In this document: piece after piece, positions 39,756 through 49,209 of the stretch
How positions within the stretch are numbered: the first letter of the stretch is position 1
Layout: each line of letters starts with the position of its first letter
NCBI GenBank assembly: GCA_964553755.1
Contig: CAZKLM010000002.1
Coordinates: forward strand, 5,021-69,020
DNA: 64,000 nt
Direction: 5' to 3'
Source of the DNA: an uncultured Acholeplasmataceae bacterium
Lineage (GTDB): Bacteria > Bacillota_I > Bacilli_A > Acholeplasmatales > Acholeplasmataceae
The notes under the pieces: generated by a model
What the model was told of the DNA's origin: nothing
The model's input: only the letters and a program-made list of their open reading frames with translations
Database searches by the model: none
Translations under genes and position numbers: made by a program

Positions 39756-40953
39756 AGACCCCAGCCAACCCATTTATCATTACCACACCACACGCATCGT
39801 GGAAATCCCAGAACACACGGTTCCTAAACCGTTTTTGGCCATGTGGGTTTCCAACGTGCTGAATATCGATTTGCCCAGTTTGAAGGATTTAGATGCTTAT
39901 CAAAAGCGAGTCCAGGACATGATTCAAACCGCCTTAGATTTTCAATTAACCGCTCTATTCTTTCAAGTCAGAACCACCAATGACGCCTTTTACGCTTCGA
40001 AACTTAACCCTTATAGCCGTTACTTGGTTGAAAAAGAAGGGAATATCCCTCCTTTTGATGTGCTCAGATGGGTGATTCAACGGGTCCATGAAGCCGGTCT
40101 TGAGTTTCATGCATGGTGCAATCCTTACCGAGTATCCATGGCCAGTGGTCCTAAAGGTTACGCGTATTTAGAGACATGCGATGACTTGAATTTCGCCAAA
40201 AAATATCCCGAACATACCCTCATGGATCTCAATGGTCAGTTAATCTTGAATCCGTCTCATGAGGCTTCTAAGAAGCATATCATCGATTCCATGCTCGAAA
40301 TTGTGCGAGATTACCCGGTCGATGGCATTCATTTTGATGACTATTTTTATCCTTATGCAGGGCTGGATCCAACACACGATGATGCGAAAGACTATGAAAA
40401 CCGATTCGACCGTTCCCAAAGTTTAGGCGATTTTAGAAGGCATCATGTCAATGATCTCATTAAGCGACTAAGCGAGGCATTTCAACAGGAAAGACCCATC
40501 CGATTCGGGATTAGTCCCTTTGGCATTTATAAAAACAAAGTAGGCGATTCCATCGGTTCTAACACGGATATCAAATGCAGCCAAAGCTACGATAACCAGT
40601 ACGCTGATGCGCTCGTGTGGGTCGAACAAGGGTGGATCGATTACATTGTTCCACAAATCTATTGGGATTTGGGGCATCCGATTGCTCCTTTCGCGGATGT
40701 CTGTGATTTTTGGGCTGACCTTTGTAGCCGCTCTCATGTCGATTTATACATTGGTCACGCAGCCTATCGCTTGGGCCAAGAAGGCGAATACGAGAATCCC
40801 GAAGAAATCAATGATCAAATTCGATACGCAGCCCAGTATCCTTCGGTAAAAGGGCATGTGTTTTTCACCTTTAAAAGTTTGTTTGATGATCCTGTTTGTC
40901 AAACTGGAGTGAAACGACTAAACGCATTTATCAAAGGAGAGACGAGGACATGA
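39736..40953 (+). CDS. GHL10 (YddW/DigH-like) glycoside hydrolase, no signal peptide
   Basis: AMWVSNV.NIDLP, FFQVR, EFHAWCNPYR, DGIHFDDYFYPY, FGISPFG, DYIVPQIYW. Confidence 0.88.
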   Translation: MKRYRYKDPSQPIYHYHTTRIVEIPEHTVPKPFLAMWVSNVLNIDLPSLKDLDAYQKRVQDMIQTALDFQLTALFFQVRTTNDAFYASKLNPYSRYLVEKEGNIPPFDVLRWVIQRVHEAGLEFHAWCNPYRVSMASGPKGYAYLETCDDLNFAKKYPEHTLMDLNGQLILNPSHEASKKHIIDSMLEIVRDYPVDGIHFDDYFYPYAGLDPTHDDAKDYENRFDRSQSLGDFRRHHVNDLIKRLSEAFQQERPIRFGISPFGIYKNKVGDSIGSNTDIKCSQSYDNQYADALVWVEQGWIDYIVPQIYWDLGHPIAPFADVCDFWADLCSRSHVDLYIGHAAYRLGQEGEYENPEEINDQIRYAAQYPSVKGHVFFTFKSLFDDPVCQTGVKRLNAFIKGETRT

Positions 40954-43900
40954 AATTAATCAAAATCACCCTGTTTACCTTTTGGATGGGACTCCTTTTA
41001 TGGTTAAGCATTCAACTTCTTTTTGCTCAAACGTCGATGGTCGCATTGACTCGAAATGGTCAGCCTGTTTACCACTTTAACACCAGCCAGCCCGTTATGA
41101 TTCCCGAACATATCCAAGAGAAGAATCAAGAGTTTAGGGCCGTTTGGGTAGCTACCGTGTTCAATTTGAACATGCCTCAACACACCAGCGAGTCTCAATA
41201 TAAAGCGGCGTTTGCTTCGTTGATAGCCGATGTGAAAGAAAAAAATATGAACGCCATCTTTTTTCAAGTTAGACCGATGAACGATGCATTTTATGCATCG
41301 GACCTAGCCCCTTTTTCCCGTTATCTGACTGGTGTTGAAGGTCAAGATCCCGGTTGGGATGTCATGGCTTATATGGTGGATTATGCCAAAAGTCAAGGCG
41401 TTGAGTTTCACGCTTGGCTTAATCCGTATCGAGTAGGGACATCCGCTTTAGAAAAATCGGCCTTTATCAACACGTTATCAACGGCTAATTTTGGGCGGAA
41501 AAACCCAGAACTTGTGGTGCAAGGAACCATCAGTAATGGCCAATACCCCTACATATTAAACCCTGGCGAGCCTGAAGTGAAAACCTACATTCGTTCGGTT
41601 GTTGTTGAATTGATGGAACGCTACAATGTCGATGGCATCCATTTTGATGACTACTTTTATCCTTATTCAGGAATTTCATCCGATCAATTGACGTATCAAA
41701 CCTATGCCCCAGTGGGCATGAACATTTCCGACTGGCGTAGAGAAAACATAAATGACGTGATTCGGGGCGTCAAAGAAGACGTGGATGCCCACAATCTTAC
41801 ACAGGCTAAAGATGTCCGATTTGGGGTTAGTCCATTTGGCATTTGGCGTTCAGGAGGAACAGAGGGGTCGAACACCTCCACCTCTGCCCTTCAAAGTTTC
41901 ACCACGCAGTTTGCTGATTCAAGAAAATGGGTTCAAGAAGGCTGGGTGCATTACATCTGCCCTCAAGTCTATTGGAACTTCGGTCATGCATTAGCCCCTT
42001 ACGCGGATGTTGTTGATTGGTGGGCAAGTGTCACCAGAGGTACTGGTGTCGATCTGATCATTGGCCATTCTCCTTATCACGCATCCATCAATAATTGGTT
42101 AAACGATGAACTGGTGATGCAACTTAAATACAACCAAAAGCATCCCGAGATCAAAGGATCTTCCATGTATTCGTTTGCCTACATAGAGCACGTTCATTTA
42201 AACGAGGTTCGTTCCCAATCATGGACACAGGTGCCCATGAGCACATGGGAGAGTAGCCAAATTGCGATGCCCACTATCAACTTAACAGGAACTTTTGATT
42301 CGGGGAAATATCGAAGCAATGTTACCGTTACGCTTTCGTCATCGTATGATGTTTTTTATAAAATCAACGAAGGAAACTGGATCCCTTATCTCGAACCATT
42401 TGTGATTGACACACAAGGCATAACAGCTATCTATGCCAAAGCAGTAACCCAAACAGAGGAAAGCCTTATTGCGAGCACAACGCTTCATATTGAAAAAGTG
42501 AACATGGTCGTCCCTCAAATCGTCTTAAACGGTGATCAAATTGGCGGGGATTATGTAGCAGGCACAGAATTGGTGCTTCTCGCGTCTGAACCCATTTTTT
42601 ATGCCATCAACCATGGATCTATTGGAAGTTGGCAACCCTATATTGGCCCCATTCCTTTGACTGGGCTTGGCAACCACTTCATTCAAGCTAAAACCATTAA
42701 CAGCGAAGGAATCGAATCATCGATGATCACACGATTGGTTAAAATAGTGCCTGCATGTTATCCCGAGCCGACATTGACACTCGAAGGAGAAGGAAACCCA
42801 CCTTATTATCAAAACGCCACCCTTCATTTAACGGGATCCACGGCGATGTCATATCGGATAAATGGCGGTTCATGGATTCCTTATGAATCGCCTATCGAAT
42901 TTGACCAAGACGGCCATTATCTTTTTGAGTACCGAAACGAAGATGCTTGTCAAACCGTTTACCAAGAAAGCTTCGAGATTATTCAAGCGATTGGTGATCC
43001 AATTATTGAAATTGAAGGAACGTCTGATGGATGGTATTTTACCGAAGTGACTACGGTCACGTTGATACCTGCTGATCCTTTAGATACCCTGTATTACCGA
43101 ATTCATAACGGATCCAGTTGGACGCCGTGGCTGATTTACCAAGAACCGCTTGTTTTTGAGGTGAATGCGACGTACACGCTTGAGTTTTATGCGAAAGATC
43201 GGGCCTTAAACCAAACAGAAACGTTCGAACAACGGATTCGCTTGAACATTCCACCTTCTGACGATAATCAGTGGATTTACCGAGACGGACAAATTGTTCG
43301 CTACTATCAATCCAATGTACCTGTTGAGTTGCCAATTCACTACCATGAAAAAGATCAGGAAATTCGCGCGATTTGGGTGGCTACTGTCTTTAACATCGAT
43401 TTAGCACCCTACGTGAATGAAGCGGATTATAAGAGCCGGATTATTCTGATGCTTGATCGCATCAAAGCGCTACATTTTAACACCATTTTCTTTCAAGTTC
43501 GATCCATGAACGATGCTTTTTACCCATCCTCTTATGCCCCTATTTCTCGGTTTTTGACCGGTATTGAAGGAGGAGACCCCGGTTGGGATGTGCTTGAGTT
43601 CATCATTCAAGAAGCGCATGCAAGAGGTTTGGAACTGCATGCTTGGCTTAACCCGTATCGCGTGACCGCCTCAAGCACACTATCTAAAGAGGAGCAACTC
43701 AGTTTATTGCACGAAACGAACTTTGCTAGGCAAAATCCGTCCTTAGTCATGGTGGATAACAATGGGGCTTTGATTTTGAACCCAGGCGAACCTCAAGTTA
43801 GAGCCTATTTGAAAAACGTGATTGAAGAATTAATGATGAATTACGCGATTGATGGTATTCATTTTGACGATTATTTTTACAGTTACAGCGGGATGAGCAC

Positions 43901-44795
43901 CACACAAGATGCACACACCTACAATCGAACCAAGCAAGCCCTTCAATCGTTGGCGGATTGGAGACGAGACAATGTGAACACATTGGTTCGAGACGTGTTC
44001 CATTTGGTGGAACATTACAATCAATCCCAACAACGCTTCATGAAGTTTGGCATCAGCCCCTTTGGCATTTGGAAATCAGGAGGACCAGATGGATCAAATA
44101 CATCTACCTCGACGTTATCCTCTTATTCTGCTCAGTTTGCCGATTCCAAGAAGTGGGTTGAAGAAGGATGGTTACATTATATTATTCCGCAACTTTATTG
44201 GGAATTTTCTCATCGTTTAGCGCCTTTTGCTGATTTGGTTGATTGGTGGGTGGATGTCACGAAAGACACATCGGTTAAATTGATTATTGGCCAAGGGTTT
44301 TATCGGTATGCGGATGGTTCTTGGAAAGATGCCGATGAAATCATTGAGCAGTTAAGATACATATCTCAATATCCGTCCATTTATGGAAGTTCGTTTTTCT
44401 CTTATCGGACATTAAACAGTTCCCATGCACTCGTGGTACAAGCGTTAGCGCGCATCCAAGAGAGCTATTGGACCCAAACGGTCGACTTTGCTTGGGAAAC
44501 CTCTGTCGTCCCTCCTGTTCCTCATGAGTGTTTACCAGGTGAAACGTTTCAAGATGGCGTGTGTGTTCCCATTCCACCACAATGCCATGATGATGAACTG
44601 TTGGTAGATGGCGTGTGTGTTCCCAAAGAACCGGTTTGTGGAACCAACGAAACGTTTCAAGATGGCGTTTGTGTACCAGAAAAAGAAGAACCGTTGGATG
44701 AACGAGGTTTACTTTATGTTATTTTAGGCGTTGGTGCAACCCTGGTTTTAGGCATGGCGTTTATTGTCATTAGAAAGTTGAGATTCCGCGTGTGA
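40950..44795 (+). CDS. Membrane-anchored surface enzyme with two GHL10 (DigH-like) domains separated by Ig-like repeats
   Basis: Signal peptide; two copies of RA.WVATVFN / FFQVR.MNDAFY / HAWLNPYR / DGIHFDDYFY / FG.SPFGIW / PQ.YW; Y.IN.G.W..Y linker repeats; Cys repeats; C-terminal TM plus basic tail. Confidence 0.9.
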   Translation: MKLIKITLFTFWMGLLLWLSIQLLFAQTSMVALTRNGQPVYHFNTSQPVMIPEHIQEKNQEFRAVWVATVFNLNMPQHTSESQYKAAFASLIADVKEKNMNAIFFQVRPMNDAFYASDLAPFSRYLTGVEGQDPGWDVMAYMVDYAKSQGVEFHAWLNPYRVGTSALEKSAFINTLSTANFGRKNPELVVQGTISNGQYPYILNPGEPEVKTYIRSVVVELMERYNVDGIHFDDYFYPYSGISSDQLTYQTYAPVGMNISDWRRENINDVIRGVKEDVDAHNLTQAKDVRFGVSPFGIWRSGGTEGSNTSTSALQSFTTQFADSRKWVQEGWVHYICPQVYWNFGHALAPYADVVDWWASVTRGTGVDLIIGHSPYHASINNWLNDELVMQLKYNQKHPEIKGSSMYSFAYIEHVHLNEVRSQSWTQVPMSTWESSQIAMPTINLTGTFDSGKYRSNVTVTLSSSYDVFYKINEGNWIPYLEPFVIDTQGITAIYAKAVTQTEESLIASTTLHIEKVNMVVPQIVLNGDQIGGDYVAGTELVLLASEPIFYAINHGSIGSWQPYIGPIPLTGLGNHFIQAKTINSEGIESSMITRLVKIVPACYPEPTLTLEGEGNPPYYQNATLHLTGSTAMSYRINGGSWIPYESPIEFDQDGHYLFEYRNEDACQTVYQESFEIIQAIGDPIIEIEGTSDGWYFTEVTTVTLIPADPLDTLYYRIHNGSSWTPWLIYQEPLVFEVNATYTLEFYAKDRALNQTETFEQRIRLNIPPSDDNQWIYRDGQIVRYYQSNVPVELPIHYHEKDQEIRAIWVATVFNIDLAPYVNEADYKSRIILMLDRIKALHFNTIFFQVRSMNDAFYPSSYAPISRFLTGIEGGDPGWDVLEFIIQEAHARGLELHAWLNPYRVTASSTLSKEEQLSLLHETNFARQNPSLVMVDNNGALILNPGEPQVRAYLKNVIEELMMNYAIDGIHFDDYFYSYSGMSTTQDAHTYNRTKQALQSLADWRRDNVNTLVRDVFHLVEHYNQSQQRFMKFGISPFGIWKSGGPDGSNTSTSTLSSYSAQFADSKKWVEEGWLHYIIPQLYWEFSHRLAPFADLVDWWVDVTKDTSVKLIIGQGFYRYADGSWKDADEIIEQLRYISQYPSIYGSSFFSYRTLNSSHALVVQALARIQESYWTQTVDFAWETSVVPPVPHECLPGETFQDGVCVPIPPQCHDDELLVDGVCVPKEPVCGTNETFQDGVCVPEKEEPLDERGLLYVILGVGATLVLGMAFIVIRKLRFRV
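44529..44678 (+). repeat. Three in-frame 54-bp tandem repeats encoding C-x3-E-x3-DGVCVP
   Basis: Units start at 44529, 44583, 44637; shared core GATGGCGT(G/T)TGTGT(T/A)CC. Confidence 0.9.
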
Positions 44796-45844
44796 AATCA
44801 GCGATTTTGGATCAGTTGATGTCTTTAGTTAACCAGGGCATCATCCCTGGAGGGTCGTACGCAATTATTGATCGCAATCAGGGGATTGACATCGAAACCT
44901 TTGGATTTTTCCAATTAAAGCCAACGCCAGTCGCTAACCGAACAGATGTCATTTATGACGTGGCCTCATTGACTAAGACGGTTTCTACCACCACCTTGAT
45001 CATGATGTTAGTGGAAAAGAAGATGATTCAATTGGATACCCCCATCTATTCTTTTTTGCCTTTTAAGATGGACCCCTCAATATCCTTCTTTGATTGTCTA
45101 ACCCACAGTTCCGGTTTAGCGGCAGACCTACCCAAAGCCTTTACCCTTCAAAACAAAGAAGACGTCATCAAAAGGATCATTGAGCAAAAGCCTATCTATT
45201 CGAAAGGAACTCACATTGTCTATTCAGATATTGGATTTATTTTACTTGGCCTCGCGATTGAAACGCTCTTAAACATGCCGTTAGATGAGGCAGCGGATCA
45301 GTGGATTTTTAAACCACTCGGGATGAACGATACAGGCTATCATCCTGAAACGTCGCGGACCGCACCAACGGAGTTTAGAAATGACCCCGTGTTTCAAGGG
45401 GTGTTACAAGGCCGTGTTCACGATGAAAAGGCGTTTGCTATGGGTGGGGTTGCCGGACATGCAGGGGTGTTTTCGACCGCCCATGATTTAGCGGTGTTTG
45501 CTAAACACCTTTTAGATGGGACGTTTCCGCTTCATTCTGAAAGCCTTGATATGCTTTTTTCGACCGCCCTCGAAAGACCGGATTTAAAAGGGACGATGTT
45601 AAAGCGAGGAATCGGCTGGGATAAACCCACTGGGCGCTCTTCAGCCGGGCAGTTTGCGGACCCTGAAGCGACCATTTTACACACAGGTTTCACAGGATGT
45701 AACATGTTTATTGACCGTAAACATGGACTTGGATTTGTTCTTTTAACCAACGATGTCCATCCATCACGCGATCAAAAAGGGGTGATGGAGATTAGACACG
45801 AACTGGCCAATATCGTGTATCGCGAAAGGAGAAACATCAGATGA
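44792..45844 (+). CDS. Beta-lactamase-fold serine hydrolase, AmiE-like (probable muropeptide amidase/esterase), cytoplasmic
   Basis: ASLTK (SxxK), LTHSSG, YSDIGF, GRVHDEKA, GVAGHAG, HTGFTG; no signal peptide; GTG start overlapping upstream stop. Confidence 0.8.
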   Translation: MKSAILDQLMSLVNQGIIPGGSYAIIDRNQGIDIETFGFFQLKPTPVANRTDVIYDVASLTKTVSTTTLIMMLVEKKMIQLDTPIYSFLPFKMDPSISFFDCLTHSSGLAADLPKAFTLQNKEDVIKRIIEQKPIYSKGTHIVYSDIGFILLGLAIETLLNMPLDEAADQWIFKPLGMNDTGYHPETSRTAPTEFRNDPVFQGVLQGRVHDEKAFAMGGVAGHAGVFSTAHDLAVFAKHLLDGTFPLHSESLDMLFSTALERPDLKGTMLKRGIGWDKPTGRSSAGQFADPEATILHTGFTGCNMFIDRKHGLGFVLLTNDVHPSRDQKGVMEIRHELANIVYRERRNIR

Positions 45845-48800
45845 AATGGATCAAATTACTTGGGGTTATCGGCATCTTGATGCTGATCATGGGGTGTTCC
45901 AAACCGAGCATCCAGTTAAATGACGACCCGCTTATTATCAAGGTGGGCGATAAACATGCGATTGAGTTTTTAGAAGGGACATCCCCTGATGTGGTAATCA
46001 CATCCTCCAATCCTTTGTTAGCAGCCATCACAGAAGATGGACGCATTGAAGCGTTGATGGAAGGAGAGGTGATCATTCGAGTGGCTTTAAAAAGCCATCC
46101 AGATGTGTATCGTGAAATACCCGTCACCATCCGAAAGAAGATCACCCTAACGCTTGAAGAGACGCAGGTTCAACTCATTGAAAATACCGTTAAAACCGTC
46201 ACCGCATCAAGCAACGATAGCGTGACATTTACGAGTTCAGATCCGATGATTTTTGTGGTTGATTCTCTCGGTAAGATTGAAGGTAAATCACCTGGGATAG
46301 CCACATTAACCGTTCGTTCGGTCTATGATCCAGATGTGTTTATAACCATCACCGTTGAGGTATTAAAATACGTCTACATTCATCTTCAAGAGACCGATTT
46401 GATGCTTTTAATGGACGAGCGTCATCGATTAAACCCCGATAGCAGCGATGATCTTTTATTTGAATCATCGAATCCGTTGATTGCTTCCGTGGATGCAGAA
46501 GGATGGATTAGGGGTGTATCCATTGGAGAAGCAATCATTACCATGACGTCAAAAAGTGATGCGAGTATTTTTAAATCCATAAGAGTTTCTGTCTTTACTC
46601 AACCCAGCACGATTCAAATACTAGGGTTTACCCGTATGAATAGACAAACGGACCAGCAACTATCTCTTGATGTTAATCCTTATTTAGGGTTTCCATTGGT
46701 TTTTTGGCAATCAAGCGACGCATCTCTGTTATCGATTGATGAAACAGGAAAAGTAACCGCTTATCAAACCGGCGTGGTGACGATTACCGCGACATCAAAG
46801 GTTAACTCGAGCGTTACCGCATCATGGACCATCGAAATTGTCGATCAAATGATGGTATCCGATCATTTTATCAATCAAAACCAGTGGGTAGATGAAGCAG
46901 GCATCCTCTATCTAAAAGATGTGCATGGATTCACAAATTTGACCGATGCATTATCCAAAGCTCGCCCATACACCCATCTTTTCCTTCTTGGAGGAGAACA
47001 CCAAGACGATGTCGTCTTGGATAAAAAGGGATTGATTCTAACGGGCTCCTTGGCTACCATCAGCGGGATTTGGACGCTTGCAGCGGATGATGTTCGTATC
47101 AGCGATTTAAGTTTCACAAACGGGGCTCAAATCAAGAATGATCAGGCGATTCAAGGGTTTGTTTTTAACTCCAATCAGGTTTTTGAGATCCGTCATGAAG
47201 ACCCCTTTATCCATTTGATAAATGTCAAATCTGTTGTCATTAGCCATAACACATTTCATGATTTAGAAGGCGATGGGATTCAGATTAAAGACTATAGAGG
47301 CGGTGACATTGTTATCCATCGAAATACAATGAGTGAGCTTAAAACCGCTATTTCGATTGTAAGCCTTGGAAAGTACGATGCGACAACAACCCTTAAAGTG
47401 ACACGAAATGTCATCGATATGGTTGATACCGCTCTTGAGATAACCAACGACCACTCTGAAGTTACGGAATCCATACTGGCGTACGCACGGTTTAATGCGA
47501 TAAAGAATTATCAGATTGCAGCCCAATCGAATGCAAACAGCAACGTTGATTTCACCTTGAATTATTGGGGAACACCAATCCCTGATAGCGACCGTTTCAT
47601 CGAAATAAACCAAGCGAGCTATAGAGGGTACTATCAAAGCGAAGCTGCCATTATCAGTGAAGCTCTGTACAATCCTGATTTACCACTCTTCATTGAAATC
47701 CAAAACACAGTCTCTGAAATCAACATTGGTGATACACACACCTTTTCTGTTTCCTTTCTTCCGATGGAAGTTCAAACCGACCGGTTACGCTGGATTACAT
47801 CGAACCCATCGGTTCTGATGGTAAGCCAAAATGGAACCATCGAACCACTAAAAAGTGGAGTGGCGGTCATCACGGTTCGTCTGACCCAAAATTCCAGCAT
47901 CCAAACCACCATCACCGTGAAGGTTTTAACCGATCCCGGTATTGAGTTATCCTTTAGTAAACAGGAAAACCACATTGAAGTTGGCGATGCACTAACGCTA
48001 ATCGCAACCCCATTTCCTTACAGCATAGCCAATCAAGCCGTTTTCTTTGAATCAAGCCATCCTTCGATTGCATCGATTACACAAGATGGCCTAATTGTCA
48101 CCCATCAAGCGGGGTTAGTCACATTCAAGGTTTCACTGATTGAAGACCCAGCTGTTTTCAACACCTTTACTATTGAAGTTTTTGACCAACTAGACCCTAA
48201 TAATCTCTTGGATCTTTTGACCATGTATTCGCTTACTTACGCCAAATACATGGAGTGGCAGCAATATGGAGTGAGTTTTGATTATATCGAAAAACGATAC
48301 GAGAGTGTCTCGCGTTATCACTTCGGAGATCTAAACATCAACACCTCAAAATTGTTACCGGTTTTCTTTGCTATTCGACCCGGCGAACCGATGGATCCTC
48401 ATCCAGCAGGCATTACCGCTTTTAACCCATACAACGTTTATTGGGTCGTTATGCATGAAACAGCAGGAACCAATCCTGGTGCAGGTGCATTATCACACGC
48501 GAATTATTTATGGAATGCCACCATCAATCAAAACCAATTGTTTGTTTCATGGCACTTCACCGTGGATCATAAAGAAATTTATCAACATTTACCCGAAACC
48601 GAACGTGGGTTCCATGCGGGAGATGGATCCACAAGACCAGGGACAAGCAACACCTATTTAGGTGGGGGTAACCGAAATGGAATCGGCATTGAAATGTCCG
48701 TTGCTCATGATGAAGACATGATGACCACTTTGCATCGATCCTCTAAACTAGCAGCCGATTTGCTTGTCCGCTATCAGTTGCCTTTATCCCATATGAAGTA

Positions 48801-49083
48801 CCATCAAGATTTTTCAGGCAAGACATGTCCCCAAGGGCTCATTCGTGCGAACATGTTACCTTACCTTGAAAAATTAGCTGAGATTGAATATTTAATTCGC
48901 AAAAATCATTCGGATGCTGCAATCTCATTTGAGTCTCACAATGCCTCATTTTTGGACCAAAATGGACGAATCATCGACTTTCCATCGCGAGCATTGACAG
49001 TCAGTTACACGATTACTGTGACAGAAGACGGTGTGACACAGTCAAGAACCCTTTATACCTATCTTCCCGGAACGGATGTTTAA
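45841..49083 (+). CDS. Large lipoprotein: Big_2 Ig-like repeats + beta-helix + C-terminal Amidase_2 N-acetylmuramoyl-L-alanine amidase
   Basis: LIMGC lipobox; repeated SS(N/D)P.(I/L)A.(V/I)...G.I....G units; amidase motifs VVMHETAG, SWHFTVD, HAGDG, GIGIEM, HQDFSGKTCP. Confidence 0.87.
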   Translation: MKWIKLLGVIGILMLIMGCSKPSIQLNDDPLIIKVGDKHAIEFLEGTSPDVVITSSNPLLAAITEDGRIEALMEGEVIIRVALKSHPDVYREIPVTIRKKITLTLEETQVQLIENTVKTVTASSNDSVTFTSSDPMIFVVDSLGKIEGKSPGIATLTVRSVYDPDVFITITVEVLKYVYIHLQETDLMLLMDERHRLNPDSSDDLLFESSNPLIASVDAEGWIRGVSIGEAIITMTSKSDASIFKSIRVSVFTQPSTIQILGFTRMNRQTDQQLSLDVNPYLGFPLVFWQSSDASLLSIDETGKVTAYQTGVVTITATSKVNSSVTASWTIEIVDQMMVSDHFINQNQWVDEAGILYLKDVHGFTNLTDALSKARPYTHLFLLGGEHQDDVVLDKKGLILTGSLATISGIWTLAADDVRISDLSFTNGAQIKNDQAIQGFVFNSNQVFEIRHEDPFIHLINVKSVVISHNTFHDLEGDGIQIKDYRGGDIVIHRNTMSELKTAISIVSLGKYDATTTLKVTRNVIDMVDTALEITNDHSEVTESILAYARFNAIKNYQIAAQSNANSNVDFTLNYWGTPIPDSDRFIEINQASYRGYYQSEAAIISEALYNPDLPLFIEIQNTVSEINIGDTHTFSVSFLPMEVQTDRLRWITSNPSVLMVSQNGTIEPLKSGVAVITVRLTQNSSIQTTITVKVLTDPGIELSFSKQENHIEVGDALTLIATPFPYSIANQAVFFESSHPSIASITQDGLIVTHQAGLVTFKVSLIEDPAVFNTFTIEVFDQLDPNNLLDLLTMYSLTYAKYMEWQQYGVSFDYIEKRYESVSRYHFGDLNINTSKLLPVFFAIRPGEPMDPHPAGITAFNPYNVYWVVMHETAGTNPGAGALSHANYLWNATINQNQLFVSWHFTVDHKEIYQHLPETERGFHAGDGSTRPGTSNTYLGGGNRNGIGIEMSVAHDEDMMTTLHRSSKLAADLLVRYQLPLSHMKYHQDFSGKTCPQGLIRANMLPYLEKLAEIEYLIRKNHSDAAISFESHNASFLDQNGRIIDFPSRALTVSYTITVTEDGVTQSRTLYTYLPGTDV

Positions 49084-49145
49084 TTGAAAAAAATATCCAA
49101 AAGTTGGAAAAAAAACCGGTTTAAAAGACAATTGACAAGGTCAAG

Positions 49146-49174
49146 TTGACAGCGCTTTCAATTTAAATTAGAAT
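49146..49174 (+). promoter_or_regulatory. Strong sigmaA promoter with cre/LacI-type operator over the -35
   Basis: TTGACA-N17-TAGAAT; TGACAGCGCTTTCA at 49147-49160 fits TGWNANCGNTNWCA at every position. Confidence 0.8.
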
Positions 49175-49209
49175 ACAGGTAAAGATTAACAAAAAATATA
49201 GGAGGAAAT

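Noticed and set aside
44529..44678. Regularly spaced repeats as a CRISPR array
   Set aside because: Only three degenerate in-frame 54-bp coding units, and no cas genes
44792..45844. Beta-lactam resistance gene
   Set aside because: No signal peptide; GxVHD/GVAGHAG motifs and context fit AmiE-like hydrolases
48430..48860. Prophage endolysin
   Set aside because: Domain is fused to a lipoprotein inside a catabolic operon; no holin or phage genes
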